IMG/VR virus record: IMGVR_UViG_3300025018_000100
DNA: 64,000 bases
DNA from: a virus
Strand: one strand, 5' to 3'
This document shows, piece after piece, positions 9,344 to 20,428 of this stretch. Within the stretch, counting starts at the first letter, position 1, and each line of letters starts with the position of its first letter. The position numbers and the translations under genes were made by a program. Below the pieces are notes generated by a model. That model saw nothing but the letters and a program-made list of their open reading frames with translations. It did no database searches and was not told the origin of the DNA.

Positions 9344-9652
9344 ATGGCAGATAAATTTTCATTAGAACAATTAAGAGATGATAAATTAGAAATAATTCTT
9401 AGTCTAGATGATCGAGAATTAGCTATTTATTTAGATAACTTAGTACAAAGATTTTATCCTCATGCTAGAGATTATTCTTTAGAGCGATATCAGGAATTGT
9501 GTGATCAATATATTAATAGTTTTCATTTAGAAAGAATATACAGGCAGTCAGAAGAACTTCAAGAAGGATTTGTTCCTGTTTATACAGACACAGGCATGAT
9601 TCAAGAATTAACTAATAAACTTTATGCACTTCCTGTATCAATAAAAAATTAA
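9344..9652 (+). CDS. Hypothetical protein
   Basis: 102-aa ORF with GAGG SD. Confidence 0.7.
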   Translation: MADKFSLEQLRDDKLEIILSLDDRELAIYLDNLVQRFYPHARDYSLERYQELCDQYINSFHLERIYRQSEELQEGFVPVYTDTGMIQELTNKLYALPVSIKN

Positions 9653-9658
9653 AAACTA

Positions 9659-9688
9659 TTGCTAAGTAAGTCTTAATTACAATAAAAT
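9659..9688 (+). promoter_or_regulatory. Promoter for uvdE
   Basis: TTGCTA-18 nt-TAAAAT. Confidence 0.55.
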
Positions 9689-9708
9689 AAATAATTAAGG
9701 AGATAAAT

Positions 9709-10716
9709 ATGACTAAAGATTATTTTAATCGAGATCAAACTGATTATCGAATTACTACTTGTTGTCAATTCCATGACGCTTCCCTAAAGAAACAAATGAA
9801 TATTGGTACTTGTACTAAAACTAATGCACTAAAAGATCACCAAAAAGCTACGTTAAAAGCTGTAAGTAATTGTAAAGAATTAATTAAATTTATGAATTAC
9901 TTTGCTAAACAACCTGTCAATCTTCGATCATTTCGAATTAGTAGTACTATGTTCCCTTGTTTCACTGTTCCTGAGATTAATCCTTACTACGAAGAAGTAT
10001 GGGAAGAAATAAATAAATTATTAAAAATTGCTGGAAATATAGCTATAGAAAATAAAATACGTCTGAGCATGCACCCAGATCAATTCTGTGTACTCGCCAG
10101 TAATAGATCAGATGTAGTTAAAAATAGTATTGATGAAATGCATTATCATGGATATATAGGAGAAATGTTAGGCATTGAACCTGAAAGCTTTAGTATAAAT
10201 ATTCATTTACAAGGTAAATACGGAATAGCTAGTAGTGAACCAGGTATTCAAAGATTTGTTAGTGCGTATCAAGATCTAAATGATTATTGTAAGAAAGCTA
10301 TTAGTGTAGAAAACGAAGATAAACCTAATGGTTATGATATTTATGATACCTTAGAATTAGCACAAAGAATACCTATTAGATGTACTTTAGATATACACCA
10401 TTATGAGTGTTGGCGTAAAAAAGACTGTGAATATCCAAGTGTTACAGATGATTTCTTTAAAGAAGCAGTAAAAACCTGGAAAGGACACAGACCTTTATTT
10501 CATAAATCTCAAAGTATTCCCGGAGAACCTAGAATAAATTCTCATAGCGATATATATTATGATGAAGATCGTATGAGCAGAGCTGTCCCTATGCTAGAGT
10601 ATGCTGATTTTGATATTGAAGCTAAACATAAAGAAGTAGCTGTTAAACATTTTTACAATTTTATTAAAGAAGAAGAAGAAATGGCTGGAGAGTTTTTAGT
10701 ATGCAAAACTCTATAA
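9709..10716 (+). CDS. uvdE: UV-damage endonuclease
   Basis: FRISS.MFP, RLSMHPDQF.VLAS, NIH, ENED, LDIHH, HSD, IEAKHKE. Confidence 0.93.
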   Translation: MTKDYFNRDQTDYRITTCCQFHDASLKKQMNIGTCTKTNALKDHQKATLKAVSNCKELIKFMNYFAKQPVNLRSFRISSTMFPCFTVPEINPYYEEVWEEINKLLKIAGNIAIENKIRLSMHPDQFCVLASNRSDVVKNSIDEMHYHGYIGEMLGIEPESFSINIHLQGKYGIASSEPGIQRFVSAYQDLNDYCKKAISVENEDKPNGYDIYDTLELAQRIPIRCTLDIHHYECWRKKDCEYPSVTDDFFKEAVKTWKGHRPLFHKSQSIPGEPRINSHSDIYYDEDRMSRAVPMLEYADFDIEAKHKEVAVKHFYNFIKEEEEMAGEFLVCKTL

Positions 10717-11648
10717 AAGCTTTAATTTCTCATAAAAAAACTATAAATGTATGGTGGCTTACAACTATGAGATGTAATTACAGTTGTTGGTATTGTGCTA
10801 GTTTTGCTAATAATTTGCCGGGAGATAGATTTAAAAGTTGGGATGATTATGTAATAGCTTTATCTTATTTAAGATTATTATGGCCTTTAGAAGAGACAAT
10901 AGTAATTACTTTAACGGGAGGAGAGCCTTTATTATATAAAGATTGGGATAAGTTTTTAAAAACTAAATTTGATAATATGATTATACATATACTTACAAAC
11001 TTATCTTTACCGTTAAATATCATAAAAGATAGATTAGATGGTACTCAAGGTAAAAAGAATTTTACTGTAAGTTATCATGCTAGTTTTTGTGATATTAATG
11101 TTTTATTACCCAAATTATTATACTTAAAAGAAAAAAACTATTTAAATTGTGTAAAAATATTAAACGATACTAGATATACAGAAAAAGTAAACGAGGCTTA
11201 TAAGATATGTGTTGAGAATGATTTATCTGTAGTTTTTACTTATTTAGATAATCAAGTAGAGGAAAATGCGATAATAGGTAGTACTGTTTCTATTGAAAAT
11301 AGTAGTAAATCTACTAAAATTCAAAAAGATTTAGAAGTAGTATATGAAGATAGTTCTGTTATGGTAGATAGCAATTACTTATATACAAATGAGCTAAATA
11401 ATTTTAAGGGTATGTTGTGTGAATTAGGCCAGCGTAATTTATATATTGATTATCAAGGTAATGCTTTTCCTTCTGCTTGTATGCTTAATTTTAAGAAAAC
11501 TAACTTGGGTAATATTTACAAGCAAAATATTAAATTATATACAAAACCTAAAACTTGCCCATTTAATTTCTGTGCATGTGGTTCAGATTTCGAATTTTCT
11601 AAATGGGATAAGGTTTATTATGAAGAATTACGTCAGCAAACATCTTAA
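10701..11648 (+). CDS. Radical SAM enzyme with C-terminal Cys-rich (SPASM/twitch-like) domain
   Basis: CNYSCWYC, TGGEP, TN, C-terminal CELG...SAC...CPFNFCAC. Confidence 0.9.
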   Translation: MQNSIKALISHKKTINVWWLTTMRCNYSCWYCASFANNLPGDRFKSWDDYVIALSYLRLLWPLEETIVITLTGGEPLLYKDWDKFLKTKFDNMIIHILTNLSLPLNIIKDRLDGTQGKKNFTVSYHASFCDINVLLPKLLYLKEKNYLNCVKILNDTRYTEKVNEAYKICVENDLSVVFTYLDNQVEENAIIGSTVSIENSSKSTKIQKDLEVVYEDSSVMVDSNYLYTNELNNFKGMLCELGQRNLYIDYQGNAFPSACMLNFKKTNLGNIYKQNIKLYTKPKTCPFNFCACGSDFEFSKWDKVYYEELRQQTS

Positions 11649-11657
11649 AAATTTAGC

Positions 11658-11686
11658 TTGCTAGAACGGCAAAATTTTAGTATAAT
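11658..11686 (+). promoter_or_regulatory. Sigma70-type promoter
   Basis: TTGCTA-17 nt-TATAAT. Confidence 0.8.
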
Positions 11687-11728
11687 TAAACATATCAGAT
11701 ATTATATATAAAGGAAGAGGAAAAGGGT

Positions 11729-12490
11729 ATGCCTAGAGCAGGTACTAAAATAGGAGAACTTGATGAAGCTAAAATTCGTCAAGCTATCTGGATGCTTAAA
11801 GTAGGGAAAACAAAAAAAGAATGTTGTGAGCATTTAGGCATTGCTTATAATACTACTAGATTAACTAAAATTTTGGATGAGTTTAAGTTAAATGAAGAAA
11901 AAGTAGCTAAACTTAAAGAGAAAGCTAAAACTAAAGAATTTTCTGAGCTTGAAAAGAAAGAAATAGCCCAAGAATATTTAGAAGGTAAAGCTGTAAGTAA
12001 TATAGCTAAAATGTATCACGTAACCGATTATCGTATTAAGAAAATCCTCAAGGAATTACAAGTACCTATTCGAGGTCGCGGAAAAAATAAAGAAGCTAAA
12101 GTAGATCACATAGTACAAAATCTAGATACTAGATTAAGTGTAGGTGATAGAGTATTCTATGTTCCCACCAGCGATACTTGCTTAATTAAACAAATATATG
12201 ATGAAGAATATGCAGAATACCTTTCTAACCCAGTTAGAGAAAGGTACGTACATATGTTTGACGCAAAAGATGAATACCAACAAACTAGAGAAGGTGTACA
12301 CTATGAGGTTTATTGGGTTTATGACAATGGTAAAGAAATGAAGAGACTAGCCGTTCAGTCTATAGTTAACGGAATATATGATAATATTGAAAAAAATGGA
12401 AGAGAAAGCTATTTAATATGGAGACTAGGAGATTATGCTAGATATATTGAAAGCTCTAGAGAAAACATTCTTCCAATCGAGGTAAAATGA
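11729..12490 (+). CDS. D2: T5 D2-like protein
   Basis: TKKECCEHLGI, IAQEYLEG..IA..Y, VGDRVFYVP resemble T5 D2. Confidence 0.75.
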   Translation: MPRAGTKIGELDEAKIRQAIWMLKVGKTKKECCEHLGIAYNTTRLTKILDEFKLNEEKVAKLKEKAKTKEFSELEKKEIAQEYLEGKAVSNIAKMYHVTDYRIKKILKELQVPIRGRGKNKEAKVDHIVQNLDTRLSVGDRVFYVPTSDTCLIKQIYDEEYAEYLSNPVRERYVHMFDAKDEYQQTREGVHYEVYWVYDNGKEMKRLAVQSIVNGIYDNIEKNGRESYLIWRLGDYARYIESSRENILPIEVK

Positions 12491-12660
12491 ATATAAAAAG
12501 ATTAGAGAAACTAAATATCGGAGACGTTATTTACGAATGTGAGTATGGGATGACTATTGCTGCCGAACTTACAACTAAGCCAAAAATTTGTATTGCAGAG
12601 GACGGTAAATTATATTTAGATAACGGAATGCTTGAGGGCCAAGAGATACATATTAGATGA
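12487..12660 (+). CDS. Small hypothetical protein (57 aa, not in ORF track)
   Basis: MNIKRLEKLNIGDVIYECEYG...HIR*; ATGA overlaps at both ends. Confidence 0.6.
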   Translation: MNIKRLEKLNIGDVIYECEYGMTIAAELTTKPKICIAEDGKLYLDNGMLEGQEIHIR

Positions 12661-14075
12661 ATTTAGATTTACAGAAGATCACACTTAGACGATTAATTGA
12701 AACACAAGATCATGAATTATATACCAAATTAGCCCGTCAATATTTTAGCGGGCTAAATTTGTTATTATTTGTTAAGATTGAGGGTTTTTATAAAAAATCA
12801 CTTAGACTTCCTAGTATAGAAGAATTTACCAGTATTAGGAAAGATAGTACACTACAACAACATTGGGAGAATGAAATTCTCCATGAAGAAAATATAAGTG
12901 CTACTGTCCAAAGCGAATTTCTTGTTGCACAATTACAGGATTATTGTGTTAGAGAAGAAACTATTAAATTTCTTAATGAGTTTTTAGATAGCTTCGAAGA
13001 ATACGAAAGTGTTGAGATCGTAGATGCTTTTCAAAATCATCTATTACGACTGAATGAGGCTATACCTATTAGTGATGAATGTTACGATATTGCAGACATG
13101 GATTTAATTCCGAAAGGTGATAGTTTTACTCTATATACTAGTGGGTTGAGTAGTGAATATGACGCTAGAAATGGTGGATTTGCCCTACAAGAACTAGTTA
13201 TGTTAGGTGGTAGACGTGGTAGTGGTAAGAGCATAATATCATTGAATTTAGCATTACATAGATTTTTACAAGGTAATACAGTTAGTTTCTTTACAATCGA
13301 AATGAGACATAAAGAAGTACATGATAGATTATTAAGTATTATTAGCGGTGTACCTTTCCTTGATATTTTCAAAAATCAAACTACTTTAAAACAAGATTCT
13401 CACATAATTAATTCTAAGCTAGATTTATTATATAAATCTACAGATAAACTTAATTATTTTAAAACATTATTTAGTAATGCCAAGAATAAACAAGATTTAA
13501 TCAGAGCTGAACAATTATTTAAAAATGACAAGCCAGAATTTAAAGAGCATAGATTTTTTATTATTGATGATGAAAGTTTAACTCTTAATAGAATTGATCA
13601 CTATTCTAATATGTTTAGTAATAAATATTCTAAATACACTATGGGAGTAGTAGATTATCTTAATATTATTAAAACACCTGATGGTAAGGATTGGAAAGCT
13701 CAAATTCAAGTAGCAGAGGAATTAAAACGAGTTAGTAGAAAATATGATCTTACTATGTTAACCCCATATCAAACAGATGCTACCGGTGAGGCTAGATTTT
13801 CTAAAGGTATTCTTGATAGTGCTGATAGAAGTTTTATTTTCCATAGGGGTGAAGAAACCGAGAATACTAAAGGCGGGAATTATCAATACGATAATGGGCC
13901 TATTTTAGTTAATACAACTAAAATAAGAAACGGTGCACGTATGGATTTTGATGTAGATATGGACTGGGAATGCGTAAAAGTTATTAGCGATAAAAGTAGT
14001 TTAAGTAAAGAAAAACCTCATAAAATAGCAATGTATGGTAGTGACCAAGAAGAAAAAGAGATGGACCTGAGCTAA
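12657..14075 (+). CDS. dnaB: Replicative DnaB-like helicase (T5 D6)
   Basis: GGRRGSGKS, FTIEM, VVDYLN, PYQ, RFSKGILD, KIRNG. Confidence 0.92.
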   Translation: MNLDLQKITLRRLIETQDHELYTKLARQYFSGLNLLLFVKIEGFYKKSLRLPSIEEFTSIRKDSTLQQHWENEILHEENISATVQSEFLVAQLQDYCVREETIKFLNEFLDSFEEYESVEIVDAFQNHLLRLNEAIPISDECYDIADMDLIPKGDSFTLYTSGLSSEYDARNGGFALQELVMLGGRRGSGKSIISLNLALHRFLQGNTVSFFTIEMRHKEVHDRLLSIISGVPFLDIFKNQTTLKQDSHIINSKLDLLYKSTDKLNYFKTLFSNAKNKQDLIRAEQLFKNDKPEFKEHRFFIIDDESLTLNRIDHYSNMFSNKYSKYTMGVVDYLNIIKTPDGKDWKAQIQVAEELKRVSRKYDLTMLTPYQTDATGEARFSKGILDSADRSFIFHRGEETENTKGGNYQYDNGPILVNTTKIRNGARMDFDVDMDWECVKVISDKSSLSKEKPHKIAMYGSDQEEKEMDLS

Positions 14076-14947
14076 TGGACATTATTGATTTATTAAATGA
14101 AAAAGGTGTAGAATATAAGACTAGTAACAATCCTAATGAGATTCTTGTTAGATGTACTAGTGGCATACATGAGGATAAAACCCCAAGTATGCAGTACAAC
14201 TTAGAAAAAAATATGTTCCATTGCTGGTCTTGTGATTTTAAAGGAGGCAGTAGAAAATTTTTAGCTTCTTTAGGTATTAAAGTAAAAGTAGATGTTGAGA
14301 GTAAACAACCTTATAAAGTTCAGCAGTTAAAAAATAAGTTATTAGAAATTAAAGATCAAAAAGAGCTTCATATACCTGAAGATGCAGTTGCTGCAGTAGG
14401 CAGGATGAGTGGAATTAGTAGTGAGATAATTACTGGTTTTGATGCTTTCTTTACTCATAGATATGATATGGATGATTATGTATGTTTTCCTATATATCAA
14501 TATGGTAAGTTAAGATTTTTTGAAGGTAAAATTAAGTATAAAAATAGTCCAAAAGCTAAGTACACTCGTCAGCCTCAAGGAGTAAATACTAAAGATATAT
14601 TATTCCCTTTAGATAAAATAAAAAATAAAAGTCATCTTATTTTAGTAGAAGGGTTATTTGATATGTTAAACATGTGGCAAATGGGGTATACTAATACAGT
14701 ATGTATTTTCGGCGTTAGTAATTTTGGTAAGAAAAAAGCTGACCTTTTAGATAGTATAAATTGTACAAGAATAACTGTGTTATTTGATGGTGATTTAGCG
14801 GGTAGAAGTGGGGCTCAAAAAATTAAGGATTTATTAGAAAGTAGAAGTCTAGAAACAGATATTGTTTATTTACCAGAGGGTAGAGACCCAGGCGATTTAA
14901 CCAAGGAAGAGGCAGATAAATTTTTATACTCCTCGTTGTCAAAATAG
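14075..14947 (+). CDS. dnaG: DNA primase
   Basis: Zn finger C..H-EDKTPS..HCWSC; TOPRIM LVEGLFD, FDGDLAG, DPGD. Confidence 0.93.
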   Translation: MDIIDLLNEKGVEYKTSNNPNEILVRCTSGIHEDKTPSMQYNLEKNMFHCWSCDFKGGSRKFLASLGIKVKVDVESKQPYKVQQLKNKLLEIKDQKELHIPEDAVAAVGRMSGISSEIITGFDAFFTHRYDMDDYVCFPIYQYGKLRFFEGKIKYKNSPKAKYTRQPQGVNTKDILFPLDKIKNKSHLILVEGLFDMLNMWQMGYTNTVCIFGVSNFGKKKADLLDSINCTRITVLFDGDLAGRSGAQKIKDLLESRSLETDIVYLPEGRDPGDLTKEEADKFLYSSLSK

Positions 14948-14950
14948 TTC

Positions 14951-14979
14951 TTGACTACTGCTTAAATATATAATATAAT
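14951..14979 (+). promoter_or_regulatory. Promoter for DNA polymerase
   Basis: TTGACT-17 nt-TATAAT. Confidence 0.8.
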
Positions 14980-15011
14980 TTAATTTATAGAAATTATTAT
15001 TGGAGAAATAT

Positions 15012-17273
15012 ATGACTAAATTAGCATTTGTTTTACCTGCTAAGACGGGTAATGCAAAAGAGCCTTTTAATGAGTATGCACATGGATTAGATTATGATAT
15101 TCATTTTTTATGCTCTCAAGAGAAGGACAAAATACTTAAAAAAGATATTGACTTAGATATGTCAATACTCAATGCTTACGATGCATTAGTTCTTGTAGGA
15201 GCAGAAAGTTTAAAATATGTAGCTGGACTTACAGGTATTATTAAATATAACGGTATGTTCGTGGAGAAAAAATATATACCATTAATTCATCCTAATATGA
15301 CTGTTTTTAAACCTCAATATAAAGTTGAGATTGTAAAAGCTTTTGACAATATTAGAAAAATTGTAAGTGGTGAAATAGATAGTACTAATAATAAAAAACG
15401 CTATCAGTATATAACTACTAAAGAAGAGTTTGAAGAGTATTTAGGTGAATTAGAATTAGCAGATGAAATTGTAGTCGATATTGAAACTACAAGTTTATCC
15501 CCAAGAGACGGTAATATCTTGGGAGTAGTTTTTAGTACAAAACCACATGAAGGTATTTTCGTAGATATTGATGTAATTAAACATTTTGTTTCTGAATTAC
15601 AAGAAGTGTTTAATAATGCTACTATTATATTTCATAATGGTAAATTCGATATTAAGTTCCTAGCTTACGAATTAGGTTTTACCTTTAATAAGGTAGAAGA
15701 TACTATGCTATTACATTATGTTTTAGATGAGAGCGTTGGTACTCACGGACTAAAACCCTTAGCAATGAAATATACTGATTTAGGTGATTATGATAGAGAA
15801 CTAGACGAGTATAAAAAGAAATTCTGTAGAGAAAATAAAATAAAATTAACTGATTTCAATTATGGACTATTTCCAATTGATATTCTAGGCACTTATGCTT
15901 GTAAAGATGGTGATGCAACATTCCAAATTTTTAAAAAGTTTAAGCCTTTAGTAGATAATAATCCTAGATTTAAGAAACTATATGAGACAATATTGTTACC
16001 TGCTAGTTATGCTTTACGAGTATTAGAGGATAATGGTGGGCCGTTAAATAAAGACCAACTAACTGTTCTAGAAGAGAGTTATCTTATTGATATTGAAGAG
16101 GCTAAAGAAGAGATTTGGCGTCACCCTGCTGTATTAAGATATGAAAGAATCTATAATAAAGTCTTCAATCCTAATAGCGTTCAGCAGTTAAGAGAAGTAT
16201 TTTTTAATATTTTAAAACTACAACCTATTAAAAAAACTGACACAGGTGCATTTTCTACGGACGCAGAAACTCTAGAAACTTTAGATCACCCGTTAGCAGA
16301 AGCTATTTTAGATTTACGTAAAAAAAGTAAAATCTATGGTACCTATATTGCAGGTATTAAAAGAGGTTTAGACGAAGACGGTAGACTTAGAAGTAACTTC
16401 AATATTCACGGTACAACTAGTGGACGACTAAGTAGTAGTGGTGTTATTAACTATCAAAATATTCCTAGAGACAATAAAGACATTAAGAAATTATTCAAAG
16501 CTCGTCCTGGGTATAAGATTGTTCAATGTGACTTAGGAACCGCAGAAGTTTATTATGCTGCTGTATTATCTGGTGATAAATTCTTACAAAAAGCGTTTAC
16601 AGATAAATTAGATTTCCACAGTTATATAGCAAAACAAATGTTTAATTTGCCTTGTGAAATTGACGCAATTAAAACTGAGTATAAAAACTATAGACAGATT
16701 AGTAAAGCTATTACTTTCGGTATTATGTATCAGGCTGGACCTGCTAAAATAGCTGAAACTGTAAATAATGATGCTACTCCGGGAAATGAAATCTCTGTTA
16801 ATGAATCTAAACAACATATTAATAAATATTTCAGAGAAGCTAAACAACTTAAACATTTTATTGATTTAAGTAATGCTCAAATTACAGATAACGCCTATAT
16901 TTATAGTTTTTTTGGTAGAAAAAGAAGACTACCAGAAAGTAGAAGCCCTAATCCAGGTATTGCTAAACACGCAATTAGAAGTGGTGTTAACTTTCTTATT
17001 CAAAGTGTAGCTAGTGATATTAATATATTAGGAGTAATTGATTTAGTTAATTGGATTGAAGAAAATAATTATCAAAAAGATATTATGCCTTTTACTGTGG
17101 TTCATGACTCTATTGTATCAGAAGTTAAAGACGAATTAATAGATGAATATGTTAAAGTTACTAAGCAATTTTTACAAAAAGATAGAGGCTTAAGTATTCC
17201 AGACTGTCCTATTAACGTAGATTTTGAAGTAGGTACAAGTTGGGGTGAATTAGAAGATTATAAAAAGGTATAG
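15012..17273 (+). CDS. polA: Family A DNA polymerase with 3'-5' exonuclease and N-terminal UDG-like domain
   Basis: DIETT, HNGKFD, YACKD, TTSGRLSS..NYQNIP, DLGTAE, KAITFGIMY, VHDS; ATG 15012 follows a GGAG SD. Confidence 0.97.
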   Translation: MTKLAFVLPAKTGNAKEPFNEYAHGLDYDIHFLCSQEKDKILKKDIDLDMSILNAYDALVLVGAESLKYVAGLTGIIKYNGMFVEKKYIPLIHPNMTVFKPQYKVEIVKAFDNIRKIVSGEIDSTNNKKRYQYITTKEEFEEYLGELELADEIVVDIETTSLSPRDGNILGVVFSTKPHEGIFVDIDVIKHFVSELQEVFNNATIIFHNGKFDIKFLAYELGFTFNKVEDTMLLHYVLDESVGTHGLKPLAMKYTDLGDYDRELDEYKKKFCRENKIKLTDFNYGLFPIDILGTYACKDGDATFQIFKKFKPLVDNNPRFKKLYETILLPASYALRVLEDNGGPLNKDQLTVLEESYLIDIEEAKEEIWRHPAVLRYERIYNKVFNPNSVQQLREVFFNILKLQPIKKTDTGAFSTDAETLETLDHPLAEAILDLRKKSKIYGTYIAGIKRGLDEDGRLRSNFNIHGTTSGRLSSSGVINYQNIPRDNKDIKKLFKARPGYKIVQCDLGTAEVYYAAVLSGDKFLQKAFTDKLDFHSYIAKQMFNLPCEIDAIKTEYKNYRQISKAITFGIMYQAGPAKIAETVNNDATPGNEISVNESKQHINKYFREAKQLKHFIDLSNAQITDNAYIYSFFGRKRRLPESRSPNPGIAKHAIRSGVNFLIQSVASDINILGVIDLVNWIEENNYQKDIMPFTVVHDSIVSEVKDELIDEYVKVTKQFLQKDRGLSIPDCPINVDFEVGTSWGELEDYKKV

Positions 17274-17278
17274 AAACT

Positions 17279-17443
17279 ATGAGTGTATTTCCAGAAAAAC
17301 TTAGTAATGAATCTATCGAAGAAGATGTGAAAATAATTATTAGAAATATGGAATTTTTCATAGAGAATAGAAGTTATGATTATTTTTTATATTTTTCTAT
17401 ATTACAATTAAAAGATTTATTAAATAAAGTAAAAAATGAGTAA
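17279..17443 (+). CDS. Small hypothetical protein (54 aa, not in ORF track)
   Basis: MSVFPEKLSNESIEEDV...KNE* fills the gap and overlaps the next start. Confidence 0.5.
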   Translation: MSVFPEKLSNESIEEDVKIIIRNMEFFIENRSYDYFLYFSILQLKDLLNKVKNE

Positions 17444-17945
17444 ATTTAAAGGAATAACTTTTCCTTTTTTTGGATTACTAAAGAAACCTATTACATTATC
17501 GTATGACAGTAATAGAATAACAATAAAGAAGATAACTAATGGGGCCAATTTTATATTAGACGATAGAAGTATATCTGGCTCCAGTTATCTTGATAGAATA
17601 TATAAATTAGAAGATAAATACGATAAACAAAGAGTTATATTTGATATAACTGCCCGTAAAATGGAAGAACTTATAAATAGTGGATGTGTTTGGGGAATAG
17701 ATAACCAAGCAAAAGTTTTTGACTTATCTAAAAAAGAAAAATTTAAATATAAAGTTACAGATATTTCTCGTATAAAAGATAATTTATTTTGGGTAAATGG
17801 GATTAGCTACCCTTTTCAACTACCTGATCATTTAGTTGGTGTTAATTTAAAAGACTTAAAAGCTAAACTTGTGTATATTGACGGAGTTTGGTATTTACAT
17901 AGATTTGATCTATTAATAAAATATCAAAATACTATAAAACTATGA
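17436..17945 (+). CDS. Conserved T5-like protein between polymerase and D10
   Basis: FPFFGL, LDDRS..G..YLDR, GISYPF; syntenic with T5-like phages. Confidence 0.7.
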   Translation: MSKFKGITFPFFGLLKKPITLSYDSNRITIKKITNGANFILDDRSISGSSYLDRIYKLEDKYDKQRVIFDITARKMEELINSGCVWGIDNQAKVFDLSKKEKFKYKVTDISRIKDNLFWVNGISYPFQLPDHLVGVNLKDLKAKLVYIDGVWYLHRFDLLIKYQNTIKL

Positions 17946-20428
17946 AAAAAATAAAAATAAAAAAAATACATGTCAGTGATAAAATTAGATTTAGTATTAA
18001 TGATTTAATTGACTCAGATATTTACGACCTAAGAGATCGCTTTTCTTGGAATTTACAGGATGAGAGATTTTCTATATTAGATGAGTATGAAGGTAGTGAT
18101 ATAGTAGAACTACCAAGCAACGCTTGGTGGGCTTTAGAATACGATGAAGTAGTCGACGAAAGATGTTTCCCTAAAAAACAAGAATTTGAATTTGAAGGCA
18201 CACTAAGAGCTGAACAAGAGGCTGTTAGTGATGCTTTTTTATTGACTAAAAGTGGAAACATTAGGTCAGGTATTTTTCAAGCAGCGTGCGGATGGGGTAA
18301 ATGTAAACCACACTTCTCTCGTATTTTAACAGATAAAGGATATTTATCTTTAGAAGAGTTAAAATATTGCTGGAATAATACCAAAGTAATTAATCATAAA
18401 GGTAAATACAAAATAATAGATTTTTATGACAACAAACTCGAAGAATGTTATGAAGTAAAAACTCAGATAGGTAACATTGTAAGAGGTACTGCAAAACATC
18501 CTTTACTAACATGGAATGCGCAATTATTACGACTGGAATTTAAAAAAATAAATGATTTAACTACTCAAGATTATATAGTAGGAAAATATAATACTAACTT
18601 ATTCGGAAGTAATAAAATAGAAGATCCTTATTTAATTGGAATTTTAATAGGTGATGGTAGTTTAACAGTACTTAACAGGATAGGGTTTGCAAGTGCAGAT
18701 AAAGAATTACAAGAATATTTTACAAAAATATTTCCAAATTCTATAGTAGTCACAAAAAATAATCATAAAGAGTATTATATAAATAATAAGTCACTTTATA
18801 AAAAATATGTTACTAATTTTAACATAGGTTGCAAATCTATAGAAAAACCAATTTGTTCAGAATTAAGACAATTAAATAAAGAACAAACTATATTATTACT
18901 TAGAGGTTTATTTGATACAGATGGTTGTGCTAATAATGACGGAACTGTTGAATTTTGTAGTAGTTCTAAAGACATAGCTTATTATGTATTCGAACAATTA
19001 CTTAATTTAGGTATTATTTCTAGAATCAAAAAGAAAAAAACAAATAAAAATGATACTTATATTATTGATATTAATTCTAAATATGAATGCCTAAAATTTT
19101 ATAATTTAGTAGGGTTTTCTATAGAAAGAAAACAAAAAAGAAAAGACATTATAGGTAATAAATCTTTTGGATCTACTTTAACAGGTAATTTTGTAAATTT
19201 AAATAAACTAGTATATAAATTATATAAAGAATTTTTAACTAATAAAGGTTATAGTAAAAAATTTAGTAATTATAAGAATAACAATATAAGTTTGAGAAAA
19301 TTTAATGAATCTGTAGAAATTCTTGGTAAGTATAATGTTGATTATACTGAAATAAAAGATTATATTAATAGCTATGCTGCCAAAGTAGTATCAATAAATA
19401 GTATTGGAGTACAACAAACCTATGATATTTCAGTAGATGAAACTGCCTGTTATGTTTCTGAGGGTATAATAAATCATAATACTTTCGCAGGTACTCAAAT
19501 GCTAGCTAAAAGTAAAACTAAATGTTTAGTATTAGTACATAGTACTTTATTATTTAATCAGTGGATAGCAGAGTTGAAAAATTTAGTTCCAGATGCAACC
19601 ATAGGTATGATAGGTGATGGACACGACACAACCGGAGATATTGATGTAGGTATTTATAAAAGTGTAGTAAATAGATTAGATAAGGTAAGAAGTAGGTACG
19701 GGTTAGTACTTGTTGATGAAGTACATTTATGTCCCGCTGATTTATTTGGGTCATGTTTAAACGGTATTAACGCGAAAATTAAAATCGGTGTTAGTGCTAC
19801 ACCTAAGAGAAAAGATGGTAGACATGCGGCGTTACCTTATTATTTTACTACGTTCAATGTAGTAGCAGAAGATTTTAATAAGCGATCTGCTGAGTACGAA
19901 ATTATAAAGACCGATATACCTTTCAATATTAGAGACCCTAAAGTTGATTGGGCAAGATCGTTAAATAAGCTAAGTAAAGATGAAGCTTATATAAATTTAA
20001 TAGCAAATAGAGCTATTAGAGATATAAATAGAGGTAGAGTACCTTTAATATTATTTCCTAGATTAGAAATGTTGGATGCGTTAGCTAAAAAAATTCCTAA
20101 TAGTATTAAAATTACTGGGTCAACTACTAATAGAGAAGAGTTATTAAAAGATGTAGGATCGATATACAAATGCGTATTAAGTACTACTATTTTTGATGAA
20201 GGTGTTAGTTGTCACAGATTAGATACATATTATAGTATATGTCCCGAAAATAATCCATATAAAAGAGAACAGAGAATAGGAAGAATACAGAGAGATCATG
20301 CCTCTGCTAAATATCCCTGTATTAGGGACTTCTTTTTAAAAGGTAAATTTGTAGAAAAACAACAGATAAATAGACTAAACTGGTATAAACAAGTAGGGTA
20401 TAAAGAAATCTATGATAACTTATTATAA
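17942..20428 (+). CDS. D10: SF2 helicase (T5 D10) containing an intein
   Basis: LRAEQ, CGWGK|T Walker A split by the intein, DEVH, SATP.RKDG, QRIGRIQR. Confidence 0.92.
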   Translation: MKKIKIKKIHVSDKIRFSINDLIDSDIYDLRDRFSWNLQDERFSILDEYEGSDIVELPSNAWWALEYDEVVDERCFPKKQEFEFEGTLRAEQEAVSDAFLLTKSGNIRSGIFQAACGWGKCKPHFSRILTDKGYLSLEELKYCWNNTKVINHKGKYKIIDFYDNKLEECYEVKTQIGNIVRGTAKHPLLTWNAQLLRLEFKKINDLTTQDYIVGKYNTNLFGSNKIEDPYLIGILIGDGSLTVLNRIGFASADKELQEYFTKIFPNSIVVTKNNHKEYYINNKSLYKKYVTNFNIGCKSIEKPICSELRQLNKEQTILLLRGLFDTDGCANNDGTVEFCSSSKDIAYYVFEQLLNLGIISRIKKKKTNKNDTYIIDINSKYECLKFYNLVGFSIERKQKRKDIIGNKSFGSTLTGNFVNLNKLVYKLYKEFLTNKGYSKKFSNYKNNNISLRKFNESVEILGKYNVDYTEIKDYINSYAAKVVSINSIGVQQTYDISVDETACYVSEGIINHNTFAGTQMLAKSKTKCLVLVHSTLLFNQWIAELKNLVPDATIGMIGDGHDTTGDIDVGIYKSVVNRLDKVRSRYGLVLVDEVHLCPADLFGSCLNGINAKIKIGVSATPKRKDGRHAALPYYFTTFNVVAEDFNKRSAEYEIIKTDIPFNIRDPKVDWARSLNKLSKDEAYINLIANRAIRDINRGRVPLILFPRLEMLDALAKKIPNSIKITGSTTNREELLKDVGSIYKCVLSTTIFDEGVSCHRLDTYYSICPENNPYKREQRIGRIQRDHASAKYPCIRDFFLKGKFVEKQQINRLNWYKQVGYKEIYDNLL
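18302..19480 (+). mobile_element. Intein with LAGLIDADG homing endonuclease (393 aa) in the helicase P-loop
   Basis: GK|CKPHFSRILT ... GTAKHP ... GILIGDGS ... LRGLFDTDG ... TYDISV ... IINHN|T. Confidence 0.95.
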